Shown here piece by piece: positions 26,201-38,200 of a DNA stretch of 64,000 bases (position 1 is the first letter of the stretch; each line of letters begins with the position of its first letter). The notes under the pieces were generated by a model that saw only the letters and a program-made list of their open reading frames with translations, ran no database searches and had not been told where the DNA came from. Source of the stretch: Phoronis australis (lineage: Eukaryota > Animalia > Phoronida); assembly GCA_002633005.1 (NCBI GenBank), contig NMRA01000039.1, positions 910,335 through 974,334 on the forward strand, read 5' to 3'. The translations under genes and the position numbers were made by a program.

Positions 26201-29200
26201 AAACAACCCTAGAAGCACACCGTTTGCGGTGCATTCGTGGGTGCATTTCAACGCTCCGCGTTGCTCTTGTCAAAGGTGTGTTCTTCTTGTCATTTTTCAC
26301 AGTACTCAACAGACATTATGAAATCTACCAAATATTAAAGTGCAAGCAGTTCAGTTTGGTCAGACACCTTTTAAATCATCCTCAAATTAATTCTCATGTC
26401 ACATGCCGTTTCTGTTCACCGGTCCTATTCACTGCTAGCAATTCGGCACGAATATAATAACTTTATTGGGAGTACTAAGGCCACCGGCCCTTACACATTT
26501 AATTTTAATAAGCATCAGCGGCGTCCAAATGTGATGGACTTTCATAAAAATAATACACAACATTATAATCCTTTCTCTTCTAGCAAGGAATACAATGAAT
26601 ACCCACACCAGGACTTCATCCTAATGTGAGATGATTCATGGATGTGTCTGGGAATAGGTTCCTTAATTCTGATATGTATCCTGTATTTCAGCTGCCTGAA
26701 GAGCTTGAAGGCTTGAAGAATTCTCTCATCCACCTAAAAGTTTCTGAGCCTAGTCTCAAGGGGGCATTGCCTGAGTGGCTAGCCAAGTTTCGACGCCTTC
26801 GTTACCTGCAGCTTGACGAGTCTTCTGTCTCTGCACTGCCAGAGAATGTTGGCGACCTGCCACTGATGAACTTGACCATGAAAAATTGTCCAATAAGAAG
26901 ACTGCCACCAAGTTTTCAAAAACTAAAGGTTTGCATTATGGGGCTTTACAAAATTCTTGAGATACTTGCAAAATAATGTAGTGTAACTGTAACCATTGCT
27001 TGACATAGCGTAGTAAAAGATTGAAAGTGCGACATTTTAGGAGCCCAAATCCGTAAATACGAGTGGCAAACATGCCGTCACTCGTATTTTCAAGCGGATA
27101 TTTTTGCCCAAGTCAAGTGCTGGTAATGCATTTTTGTTGTGACGTAGTGTTGTTATATAATAACAATCACTAGAATTTGTGATGAGTATTTAGTGACTAA
27201 TTATTCCCATAATAAGCGAAATTATTGTCATCTAATTGATACTTTCCTCGTTTCAGAGACTGTCAACTTTAAAAATTCCCGGCATTCCTTGGCCTGCCTG
27301 GCAGAAAAACAAGACATTCTTTTCCATGAATGAATGGAAAAGTTATTGTGAACAAATTGGCTACTACAAATGTTACGAGCCACAGGTTAGTAAATACCCA
27401 GCACGTCAATTTGCTGAAATATGTTACAGAGAAAATTCTCCAGTTGGGAACAAAAATAAATTGATGGAAAATTTTCTTCCTAAGTTGTTCTTTGGTGGCA
27501 TGTGAATGGAAGAAGCCATGCTAACATTGTGAAGTAAGAGTTTCCTTTGTTAGAATTTTTTTGTGAAATTCGTGACAAAACGAAATTTCACTTACCTGTC
27601 GTGTTGTGTCCTAAAGTTTTCTCTACTGTACGTTTTGTTTGATGGTACAAAGTTTCTTTTTAGAATTTTTTTTCGCAACAATGGCGCATTTTATTGATAC
27701 ATGTGCAAACTTGGCAGTTCATACTCACCCATCTGGCTCAGTACCCAATGCTCTCTTAGACTAATTTTTATCACTGAGAGAGACAAACATTTGATTACAT
27801 GGGACTACGGATTACTGCATTTTGTTGTTTTTGCTGACACCGTTTCCTACGTTTTGCTTGGAGATTTTTAGTTTTCCAGCCATGTGTGGACTAATTGGGT
27901 GCATGATTCTTACAACCCAGCTTTGAGTGTTATAAAAATTCATTGTTATTACAGAGGAATAATGTTTGTGAAACACATAATTGTGCAGTTGAACTAAAGC
28001 CAAAGACAATTTTGTAATTTGTTCTGGTCTGTTTTTTTTTGAAAATTGATGTTGTGGTGTGTTAATTTTAGTTGTCTATGTTTTCAAAAATATTAAGTTT
28101 TCCCAGGGTTGCCTGTTGCTAGTTGAGATGGGGTTGAATTATTTTTTTCTATAACAATGAGGCACAGGTTTCAGAATGAGTTGAGTGCATTCGTCTGGAA
28201 TTCTTGTTTTCTTCAAACAGTGAGACACAGTTTTCAAAATGAGTTAAGTGCAGACTCGAAGTAACTTTGCAATTCCTGATAGAATCTTGTACAAATTTTT
28301 ACATTTCATTGTTTACTGTTTTGACAGGAGGATCTTGAAGCATGGTTCCAACAGTTTGAAGTTGAACCTGGAAAGCTGGACTTCTCTGGCTTCAGTGATT
28401 TTGTGGACTTCCTCATGTGGAACGTCCCTCGGTTACAGACAGACCCAGAAACCAAGACATGTATGTACATTTTTTAACACAACTTCACCCGTTCTGTTGA
28501 CCAAATACTATTAAAATCAGTTTGATGAGAAGTTAATCATTGGTAGGTCTACCAGGGGAACATCACCAGGACCATGTATCATCTTATGGATGAGCATCCA
28601 CAACATATTGGTAGTGATGTCGAGAAAGGGAAGACTAAAGAGAATGAGATTCTAAACTTGGCAGATGAAAAGATATGTATACTTGTCTTGTATAGAATCT
28701 CATCAGACTTTAGTGTATGTGTTTTTGGATTTTCTTTATTGGTTGTCTGTAGATTAGTATGCATGTTTGGCTTTTCTGTACCTCTTCAAAGGACTAACTG
28801 TCAGGCTCTATTGTCATCGAAGTGGAGTCATTTTTGGACATCTTCGTTCCAGCAATAAGTTGAAAAATGGCCAGAATCTAAGAATTCACTGTGATGGACA
28901 ATCACTGCCACGAGGGAGTAGGACCCGTGAGAGCTTGTGGAGTTGGAAGTGTGGCACTGTGGTTGAAGAGTCAACTTCTTATCAAAATCTACGTATGACT
29001 GTATCTTTTTAATGCCCTTCATAATTTGCTGGATTCTCTGCACACAAAGATTATGAAGACATATGGAGATGAAGATTTCTTGGACTGGATTACATGTGGG
29101 TGTCTTACTCATTGACCTTTCAGATGACATGCTTGGCATGAAGAGGTGTTATCAGTCAGTCTCTGTCTGACAAATTCAATTGTGTCAGAGATGTTAGGTA

Positions 29201-32200
29201 GTTGACTTGGTCTGGTATCATGATGTTGGTGATCCAGGAAAGGTATCGTGATGGTGAACAAAGGCTCTTCAACGTACCGAGAGCTGCCACAACTGAGACA
29301 TGATACCTCTGGTCGGTGATGGTGGAGTCTTTCATTTCCATTTTGATGCTGTTCAGTGTGTCACGCAGTAATATATGTCAATCCTCTTGTCTTACATTGC
29401 CATAGCGTGGGAAATGTTCTTGAATTTCACAAATCAGCTTTTGAGGGATCTTCATTAATCTAGAAGGTCTGTTCGTGCACTAGAAGAGTCCCGATATCTC
29501 TTTCAGTATTGGGGTTGTCTTTGTTTCATGGATGTTGTCTTTGAAGCCTGGTACATGTCTAAAAGTCTGTAGCACTGAGTTGCCAATTAGCACAAGCTGC
29601 CAGGGTTGTGGAATGACATCATAGACAGTGGAGCAGCTGACTCTACGTTGACATTCGAGGGCATGGGGAGTTGCGAAGTCTCCGGACTATGGACCAGACA
29701 TCAGTGGGTTAAACCAGTTTTGGGAGTACTCAACCATCGCGTTTCCCTCGCAACGTCTGATTCTTCTGTCACTTGCACTCTATGAAATGATTTGCTCGAC
29801 CTGTTAATTAAGCCATATGTGATAGCGTGCGCGTAGGGCCACTTTCCTGCAGGTCTTTAGGGTTGACTTTCTCAGGTCCTTAGAGAGGCCAAGAGTCATA
29901 AGGCGTAATCTGGCTGAGTCATTGTAGAAGCCATTGCTGCTGACTTAGACAGGAAAGAAGTGGGTTTCCCAACCATGATTTCTGCAATGTGAGACTGAAA
30001 CTTCATACTTGACTTTCTTCCTTACGTTTTCATTGGACAGATTTTCTTCTGACGGTACAGTCAGATCAATGAGGGTGATAGTCTTTGTCTTCTCTGAGAA
30101 TATGATGATGTCAGGCCCTTTGTCTGAAGCGGCAATATGTGGAGGGAATACAATGTGATGATGGAATTCCTCATCCATTACTGAGTACTAGTTGTTTGAG
30201 TAGTATAGGATGTTTATAGCACTGTCTCTTGTCATTGGCAAGTCGAGGTGCTTTTAATGTATTTAATGCCATGGGCAGACTCGAAGCGACACTATTCTCT
30301 ATGTTATTGGCTGCCTCTTCTTAAATCCAGAACATTTCTATTGGTTTGTCTTCTACAGAGCTCGTTTATAATAAGGTGACACTCTCTGTCTCCCAGTACT
30401 TTAACTCCGTTCCATTTCCGTGACCGTGCTTTCTTAAACAAACTTTCATTATAAAACTGTTGAGTACTCGGATACTCAGAGTATTCGTTCAAGTGGTACT
30501 TTATCACCTGCATAGACTTCAAAACCGTGGTAAGTCGTGTCAGCTGGAGGCTTTATTTGTTTCTGCTTCTGTATAGTGCACTGGCTGTTATGATTCTACA
30601 CAGACCAACCCATTTGTTTAGGAACTTTGTGCACATAGCTTCCAGTCCCTTTGCGTAAGAGATGGGAAAGTTGTATTTAATGAATTCCCACGTTAGCTGG
30701 TAAGTGATAGCGTGGTTATACATCCAGAGGTGACACTTTCTGGTCTTTCGGAACATGTCACTTAACTTGAGTTTGACTTTGTGTTGAATCTCCTCATCAC
30801 TTACATTTAGATGATTGAGCTTTCCCAGGAATTTCATTGGTTGACTTTATGGATGCATTTGACATCTTTCCCATGAATCTTCATTTGGCGGTCAAATATA
30901 ACATACTGATAGTCAGGACCAGACATTCTTGTCATAGCCAGAGAGAAACATTTGGACATGGTATTTGTTGTCTTTGTCATCAGTTTTAGTTTACATTTCC
31001 TGCTTCTTTGATTGACTATGAAATTTGAAATATGCAGTTACCACAGCCTCAGATAAGCAATGAATCACAGTAACCATAATTTCTAGGCAAATATGATTAG
31101 ATCCATTGGTTACCTGTTGATAACTCTGAATGGTACCTTTTTGTGTTGAGGAGGTGTGGCCTAGTGGGATAAGTGTCCGCTACCTTTATTCAAGTGCATG
31201 GGTTAGAGTCCCACTGGGGCACACCGCTAGGCCCTTGAGTCAGGTCTCTAGCTCCTGTGCTCGGTTCAACTATTATATATATTAAAGACAGGTTATGGGT
31301 TCCTGGTAATCAGTGCAGTGGACTCGCGTGAGTGGCCTGTACATGTACCAGACACCCTGCAATTATTTTTATTTCCTTACTGTGTACAGGTGGTGGAGTT
31401 CCTCCTGAGATATTTCATTGCCAGTCACTGAGAGTTTTGGAGATGCAATATCAGGCCTTCACAGAGATCCCAGAAGACATCTGTCATCTCCGACGAATTG
31501 ACGTCTTTAACGTGGCGCACTGCAAACGACTGGAGAGAATAAATGAAAAGATTGGCGTTCTTAATCTAAGAGGTAGGTTGGATCTGAAATCCATTATAGA
31601 AATCTTGGAAGGTGTGAAATGAGACAAGGATGCTGTGATGTTATAGGTTTGCATCATGCCAATGTAAGTAACATCTATCCAAAATCAAACTGCTAGCTTA
31701 ATTACTGAACAGGCGATCACCTGAGTGACACTTTCTGAATTGTATGAATCCTATCTCACAGATCTATACTCTGAGATACGCTCACATTGACACAGGTCAT
31801 TGATATGGGACCCCTATAATAGGTAGTGTTACAATCATATGACGTCGTTCTATTATTGATAACAATCTCGATTTGTGAGCTTGTATTGGTTTCTTGTACA
31901 AGTCTTTGTATGTAGTTACTCAAGAAGCTTTTATCTATTTATTTATTATTGTAATATTTTCAATGAGGGCACCCCCATCAGTTCTCACTGCTTTCCATGG
32001 GGGCCTTTTACGAGCTCACAATTCTGTTTTACTTCATACTTGCTGCTTAAATGCAAATTTATCGATAGCAGTGGTCGTATTTTTGACATTTAGTATTGAC
32101 AGTGACGATATCATAACGATATCATAATGATAACCGTGATACTATTTTTGGTGACCATCATTTCCCAACCTGCAACCTTACTATGAATGCTCTTTACTTG

Positions 32201-35200
32201 TTAGGATTTATACAATACGCACTCTCCTCAGATATGGATTTCCATGACTAGCTTCTCTTGTTTGGAGATTGTGGAACATATAGATGTCATTGCTAACTGC
32301 TGCATGTTCATCATAACGTTCTCTCCCACCCACTTTAGACACTGCGCACTATGAAAACTGAATCCATCATTGAAAATTGAATTTTTTTCATTATTTAAAT
32401 GGCAAAATCCTTTAACTGCAAAAGAAATGAGAAATAATGCACAGTCATGGAACTGCTGTTTCTTTGTTGTGATGTCTCTTCTTCTATCGCTAAAGACATT
32501 GGGCAACTTGACTTGAAAACACCACCACTTGTCAATCAGAGTGATGTTGGTACTGCTGAAGACTAGTGTAGTGCATTAAAATTTGAATGACTGTACTAAC
32601 ATTTACAGTGCTGGCGCTGGCAGACACGCCAAACCTTCATACCCCGCCCCAGGAGGTGGTGTCTAAGGGAATGCATCAGACCATAGTCTACTTGAAGAGA
32701 CTGGGGGAGGGGTCTCGGGCGTGCATGAGAACCAAGCTGATGTTTGTTGGTCTGGGCGGAGCAGGAAAGACTAGGTGAGTGGTCAAGGTTAAGCCCTGCA
32801 ATGTGCAGTGTTACCTGAGTGTGTACGATGACTGTTCAACTCTACACTTAGCTCAGTGCAGTCTTCACACCCTGTAAAATATTGAGCAATGTGCTCGGCA
32901 TTACTGAGTATTGGTCAGTTATGATATTACTCAGTACTGTTCCAGCATAGCTCAAGATTATTCAGCGTTCACTTATTAACATTGTTTGTTATATTGCTTA
33001 GAAATGGTTGTAACATTGCTCAGTGTTAATGAGTTTTGCTCAGCGCTGTTCAATGTTGCTCAGCGTTGTTCAGTATTTCTCATGATTGTTCAATATTGCT
33101 CAACGTTGTTCAGTATTGATCAGTATTGCTCAGGAGCTCTCAGTAGTGCTAAGGAGTTATCTTGGGAAATCGGAGAGGGAGGGATATCTTTACCAGCTTG
33201 AAGGGCATTTGAGGAAGAGCAGTGCTCATTTTGCCCATTTTTGGAAATTTCCAGTATTGTGTGACTTGAGTTTTCGACTGGAAGCATTTCTGTTACAATT
33301 TATTTTTATTTGTAGACTTGTGAATGGTACTTAGGTGCAGATATTTATTTGCAAACGTTTTAGGCTAAATCATCCTTCTTCCACAGACGATAGCATTACC
33401 ACATTGGTAAGCAATGATGTCTTACTGTCACACTTTCCTTTCATTTACTTTAATGATAGAATTGACAGTTGCTCTCCTTCCTTCTTAGTTTAATGCGGGC
33501 GCTCATGTCCAGTGATTACAAAGCACCGATTACTCAGAATGAGGCTATCACGGACGGCATTGACATCACCACCTGGACCATCTCACGGAACAAAGAGACA
33601 GTCAGCTACAGGTACATTAGCTTGAAGCCTCGTTTATAAATCTTGTCATTGTGCAAATAATCTTCAGCATGATCTTGCAGCTGGGATCTGTCCTGAGATG
33701 ACTGCCAGGTCTGGTGTCTAGCTGAGTATTTGTCTGTGTGCATGAGTGGACACAAACCACCAATCTGTTATTGTTCCTATTCACGGGACAATAGGGATGC
33801 AAGGCGATTACATCTTAAGTCAGCCATCTTGATTATAAACCATAGCTAGACGACATAACCACTAATAATTTCGGGATTTGTTTAAAAATGTTTGATATTA
33901 AAACATGATGTTTTGAGGATGAATGTCAGTGTCAGTCATTGGGGGAAATGTGCAAAACCTAAATAGTTTTTTGATTGAGTATTTTAAATATCTCAAACAG
34001 CTTCACAAACGCAATTGCCTAGTTTTAACCTATCAATAACTGCAATACATGAATCCGCCAAAACAAAACTGGTGAACAGCATGTGGTTTCTGTTCCACAT
34101 GGTAAGTGAAAATTTGTAGCCACAAGTGACTCAGGAGTATCTCATGTTACAAAATACAGCATTGAATATGAGCAATCTTCACATAAACCAAATTTTTACA
34201 CGCAACACTGTCCTTGGTGCATTTCACAGTTGTTCCTCTTTATTTCCAGTGTGTGGGACTTTGCCGGCCAGACCCTGTACTACCATACCCATCAGTTTTT
34301 CCTGTCATCTCGTTCCGTCTACCTTCTCATGTGGAACACTCGTCTCGGTTTCGAGCATGCAGGCCTTGACTTTTGGCTCAGCAGTATCCGGTGCCATGCC
34401 CCCCAGGCACCAATCTTCGTTATTGGAACCCATGCGGATAAGGTAAATTAGAGGCTACCCCAGCCGGTCAATTTTTCTCTTTGTCCAGTAGTTATCCTAG
34501 AACAGAGTAGTGGTGAAATTCTGATTCAACCATCCTGCAGATCCTGTTGTGTGCATGCCAATTATGAAATCAGTTTTAAGTTTTATTGGCTCTGCATGGT
34601 AGTGCTTCACTAGGATTCCATGTCTCTTTATAATATGGTTACAGGTCTCCAAGTCCGAACTGCCTACAGAGAAACTCAAAGAGAAATACCCCTCCATTGT
34701 GAGTTTCCACCTCATCAGCTCACTGACGGGTCAAGGGGTCGAGAACCTCCTGGACAGCATAATTAAGGCAACTCTTGAACAACCGTACATTGAAGAGAGG
34801 ATTCCCGATGCCTGGCTGAACTTTGAGAGTGCCATCTTGGGGAAACGGTCAACAGAGAGTGTGATGGATTGGAGTGTAGTGAAGCAACTGGCTTCGGTTA
34901 GTACATATAAGTTCTTCACTGTGAGGGACGGGTACTGTGAGGGTCAGGGACCCTGTAGGGTCACAATTACAAGTGTGTTTAATTAAAGGTATATTCCTGG
35001 AATTTTGTCAGCTGATTAGTTTCTATTTTCATTGAGCATGGTACAGTAAATTGACATTTTGCCTAGTATTCGCTCACAATGTTGTGACCTGTGTGGAGGA
35101 ATATGCAACTGGTGTCTGACATCATCTCCAGCCAGTCAATTGGGACTATCTCTTGATTCCTTGCAATAAACAAGTAGGGGACAAACAGACTTGTTGACAT

Positions 35201-38200
35201 GGTCACCATCGTCCAGCTGTCATTTGCAGACTCTGAGGCATCTATGGCCGGTTGCATGAAACAGTCCAAAATAGGGACTCAATTAAGGTCCCTAAATCTT
35301 TTGCGTATTTTTGTCTTTATGGACTCACGGATGTAATGTTTTTCTATCATGATTTCATCTTTATTATGAGCTCCTCTTTGATTAATGACAATTTCTAACA
35401 ATATAACTAAACACTGATCCCAGAGTTCATTGAAAATAAGTAAGGACTCAGTCCTTAAATTGGGGGTGTTGCATGAAAAGATTCCTATTTTCAACAGTAT
35501 TGACAATTCAACTTGGAGTTCACTCCAGAAGTTGACTTAGAAATGAAGCTAAAACAAAGGGCAGTCGATGTTTTCACAAGTCCAAAAATACGCAGCAGAT
35601 TTAGGGAACTTTGTTGAGTCCCTATTTTGGGACTGTTTCATGCAACCGGGTACTGAACCCTCCACACATGCTCTCCACCTCACAGAGTCTGCTTGAGTTG
35701 ATTGTCTGGGAATTATGTCATAGGGCAGGTTTCCAGGATTCATTTATAAAATCCATTGCTGTGCTTGTCTTAAGACCTTCATCTGTTAAACTTTGGTAGT
35801 AATTGTCTCCATTTTTCTTTAAATAGCAATCGCCATCCTATGAAACCACATCTTTGTTGTACTTGTTTAGTGTTGGATGCTATCAATTATCTTCACTTTT
35901 GCAGAAATGTGGTCTCTTTGACGATGAAGTCAATCAGGCAGTTCAGTTCATACATGAGCTGGGCTCTATCCAGCACTTCCCGAATGAAAGGCTGAGGAAC
36001 AAGGTGGTCATCAACCCCCAGTGGATTGTTGATGTCATGGCTTGTGTGGTGTCAGTGCACAACTCTGTTATACAGGTAGGAGGGGCATTACATCCAGGAG
36101 GGAGGGGTATCTACTTGTCTGGCAGGTTGGTAAGATGTAAGGGGAGGGGTCTCTGATATAATGGGTTATATCGTGACAGTACACAAATCTGTGATACAGG
36201 TAGGAGGGGCATTACAGTCATCTAGAAGGGAGGAGAATCTACTAGTCTGGCAGGTTGAAAAGATTTAAGGGGAGGGGTCTCTCATGCCATGGGTTATATG
36301 GTGTCAGTACGCAAATCTGTGATACAGATAGGAGGGGCATTACATCTAGAAGGGAGCAGTAGCTACTAGTCTGGCAGGTTGATGAGATCTGAGGGGAGAG
36401 GTCTCTGGTGTAATTGCTTGCATGGTGCCAGTGCACAACTCTGTCATACAGGTAGGAGGGGCATTACATCCAGGAGGGAGGAGTCTGCTAGTCTGGCAGG
36501 TTGATGAGATCTGAGGGGAGGGGTCTCGGATGACCTGGGTTGTGGGGTGTCGGTACACAACTCTGACATACAGGTAGGAGGAGCATTACATCCAGGAGAG
36601 AGCAGTCTCTGGCAATCGTCATACAAAAACATAGATCCAGAGGAGTTAGATTTAGAAGGAAGTGGTCTTTGTTATATGGATAGGTCGAGTTGAAATGATG
36701 TTTCATTCCAAAACTCACAAGTACAATACTGAGCGGTATTAGATGGAAAAGTGTTTGATTCAAAACTGAGCCTCTCCTTTACAGAATGGTGAGCTGAAGC
36801 ACAGGGACATTGGCGTTATTTGGAAGAATTATGACAACGCACTACACACATGGTTATTGCATCTAACAGAAGCCTTTGACCTCACGTTCCCACTGGGTGA
36901 TAAACCAGTAAACATAGTGCCTTGTCTACTGCCGCAAGTGCAACCGCATGTGAGTGTCCAGTGTTGTGAAACTTATACACCTCATATTGGCTGTCACAGA
37001 TCTGGTTTTGTTACTTTGTCTGTTATTGACATTGGTGTTGTCATTCCGAGTCAATGAAACATTAAGACTTGATATTCGAGTTGTGAACAGAAACTGATGT
37101 TAGGTTGTCGCTTTTTAAGTTGAAAGTGATCTTCATTTCTTCTAAATTCATTTTAGTTTGAATAACTAGCAGAAAGTGGTTTTCATTTGTTTTTAATTCA
37201 GTGAAATTTGAATAAGTAGCAGAAAGCGGTCTTCGTTTGTCATTAATTCGAAATTGGTTTAATTGGCAAGCAGAAAATGAACTTCATTTGCCTTGATTTC
37301 ATTGTTATAGTTTTAACAACAAACAGAAAGAGGACTGTTCTTTACTTTCTTAACATTCATTGTAGTTTGAATGGCCTGATGTACGTGGTGAGAAAGACTT
37401 ACGAGAGACAAAGATAGAGTACACCTTTGACTACTTGCCGGCAGGTTTATTCAACCGTATCCAAGTACGGTTGAGCGAGTTCTCTGACCAGGCGACCATA
37501 TGGAAGACAGGCTCGTTGCTCAACAAGAACAGCCATCTTGCCCTGATCATGCAGAAAGGCGATACGGTGGTCATCGTCAAAGTTCAAGGGCCGCGACCTG
37601 AGAACATCCTCCTCCTTATCCATGAAGTCTTTGAGAGCCTAATTACGGAATCTTTCCATGGCGTCAGGTATGAGTACCAAGTGCCATGCTCCGAATGCAT
37701 GGAAGCGAACCTAAAAGAACCGACCATGTTCTCGGCGGGGGTCCTGCATAGTGCTCTGGAATTAAAGGCCATGTTCTTGCAGTGTCACAAGCGATTCCAT
37801 ACGCTTTCCATCTCGCATATTCAAACGACAATGCCACCTGATTCAACGACTGACTTTGACCTTCACCTTCAGAACATGGTGCAAGATCTTGGCAGTCTGC
37901 AGAATAACTTCCCGATAGACTTATTCTTTCTGTACTGTGCTAGCAATGCCCCTGCGGATGAGGCGTCGTGTTCGTGGGTTCACCCCAAAGTCGTGCAACG
38001 GGATCTTGAAGAAGCTGGCTTTACGACAACCTACATAATGAATCTCAAGGAAGAAAAGTTGGATGATGTTGCCATTCGCATGTCGGAGTCAAAAATTGTT
38101 CTCGTTTTCATATCAGATGACTTTGTCGCTGATGAGACGTGCCAGCGAATGTTCCGTCATGTTAAAGAAAACCTGAAGAAGCCCATATTACTACTGGTTG

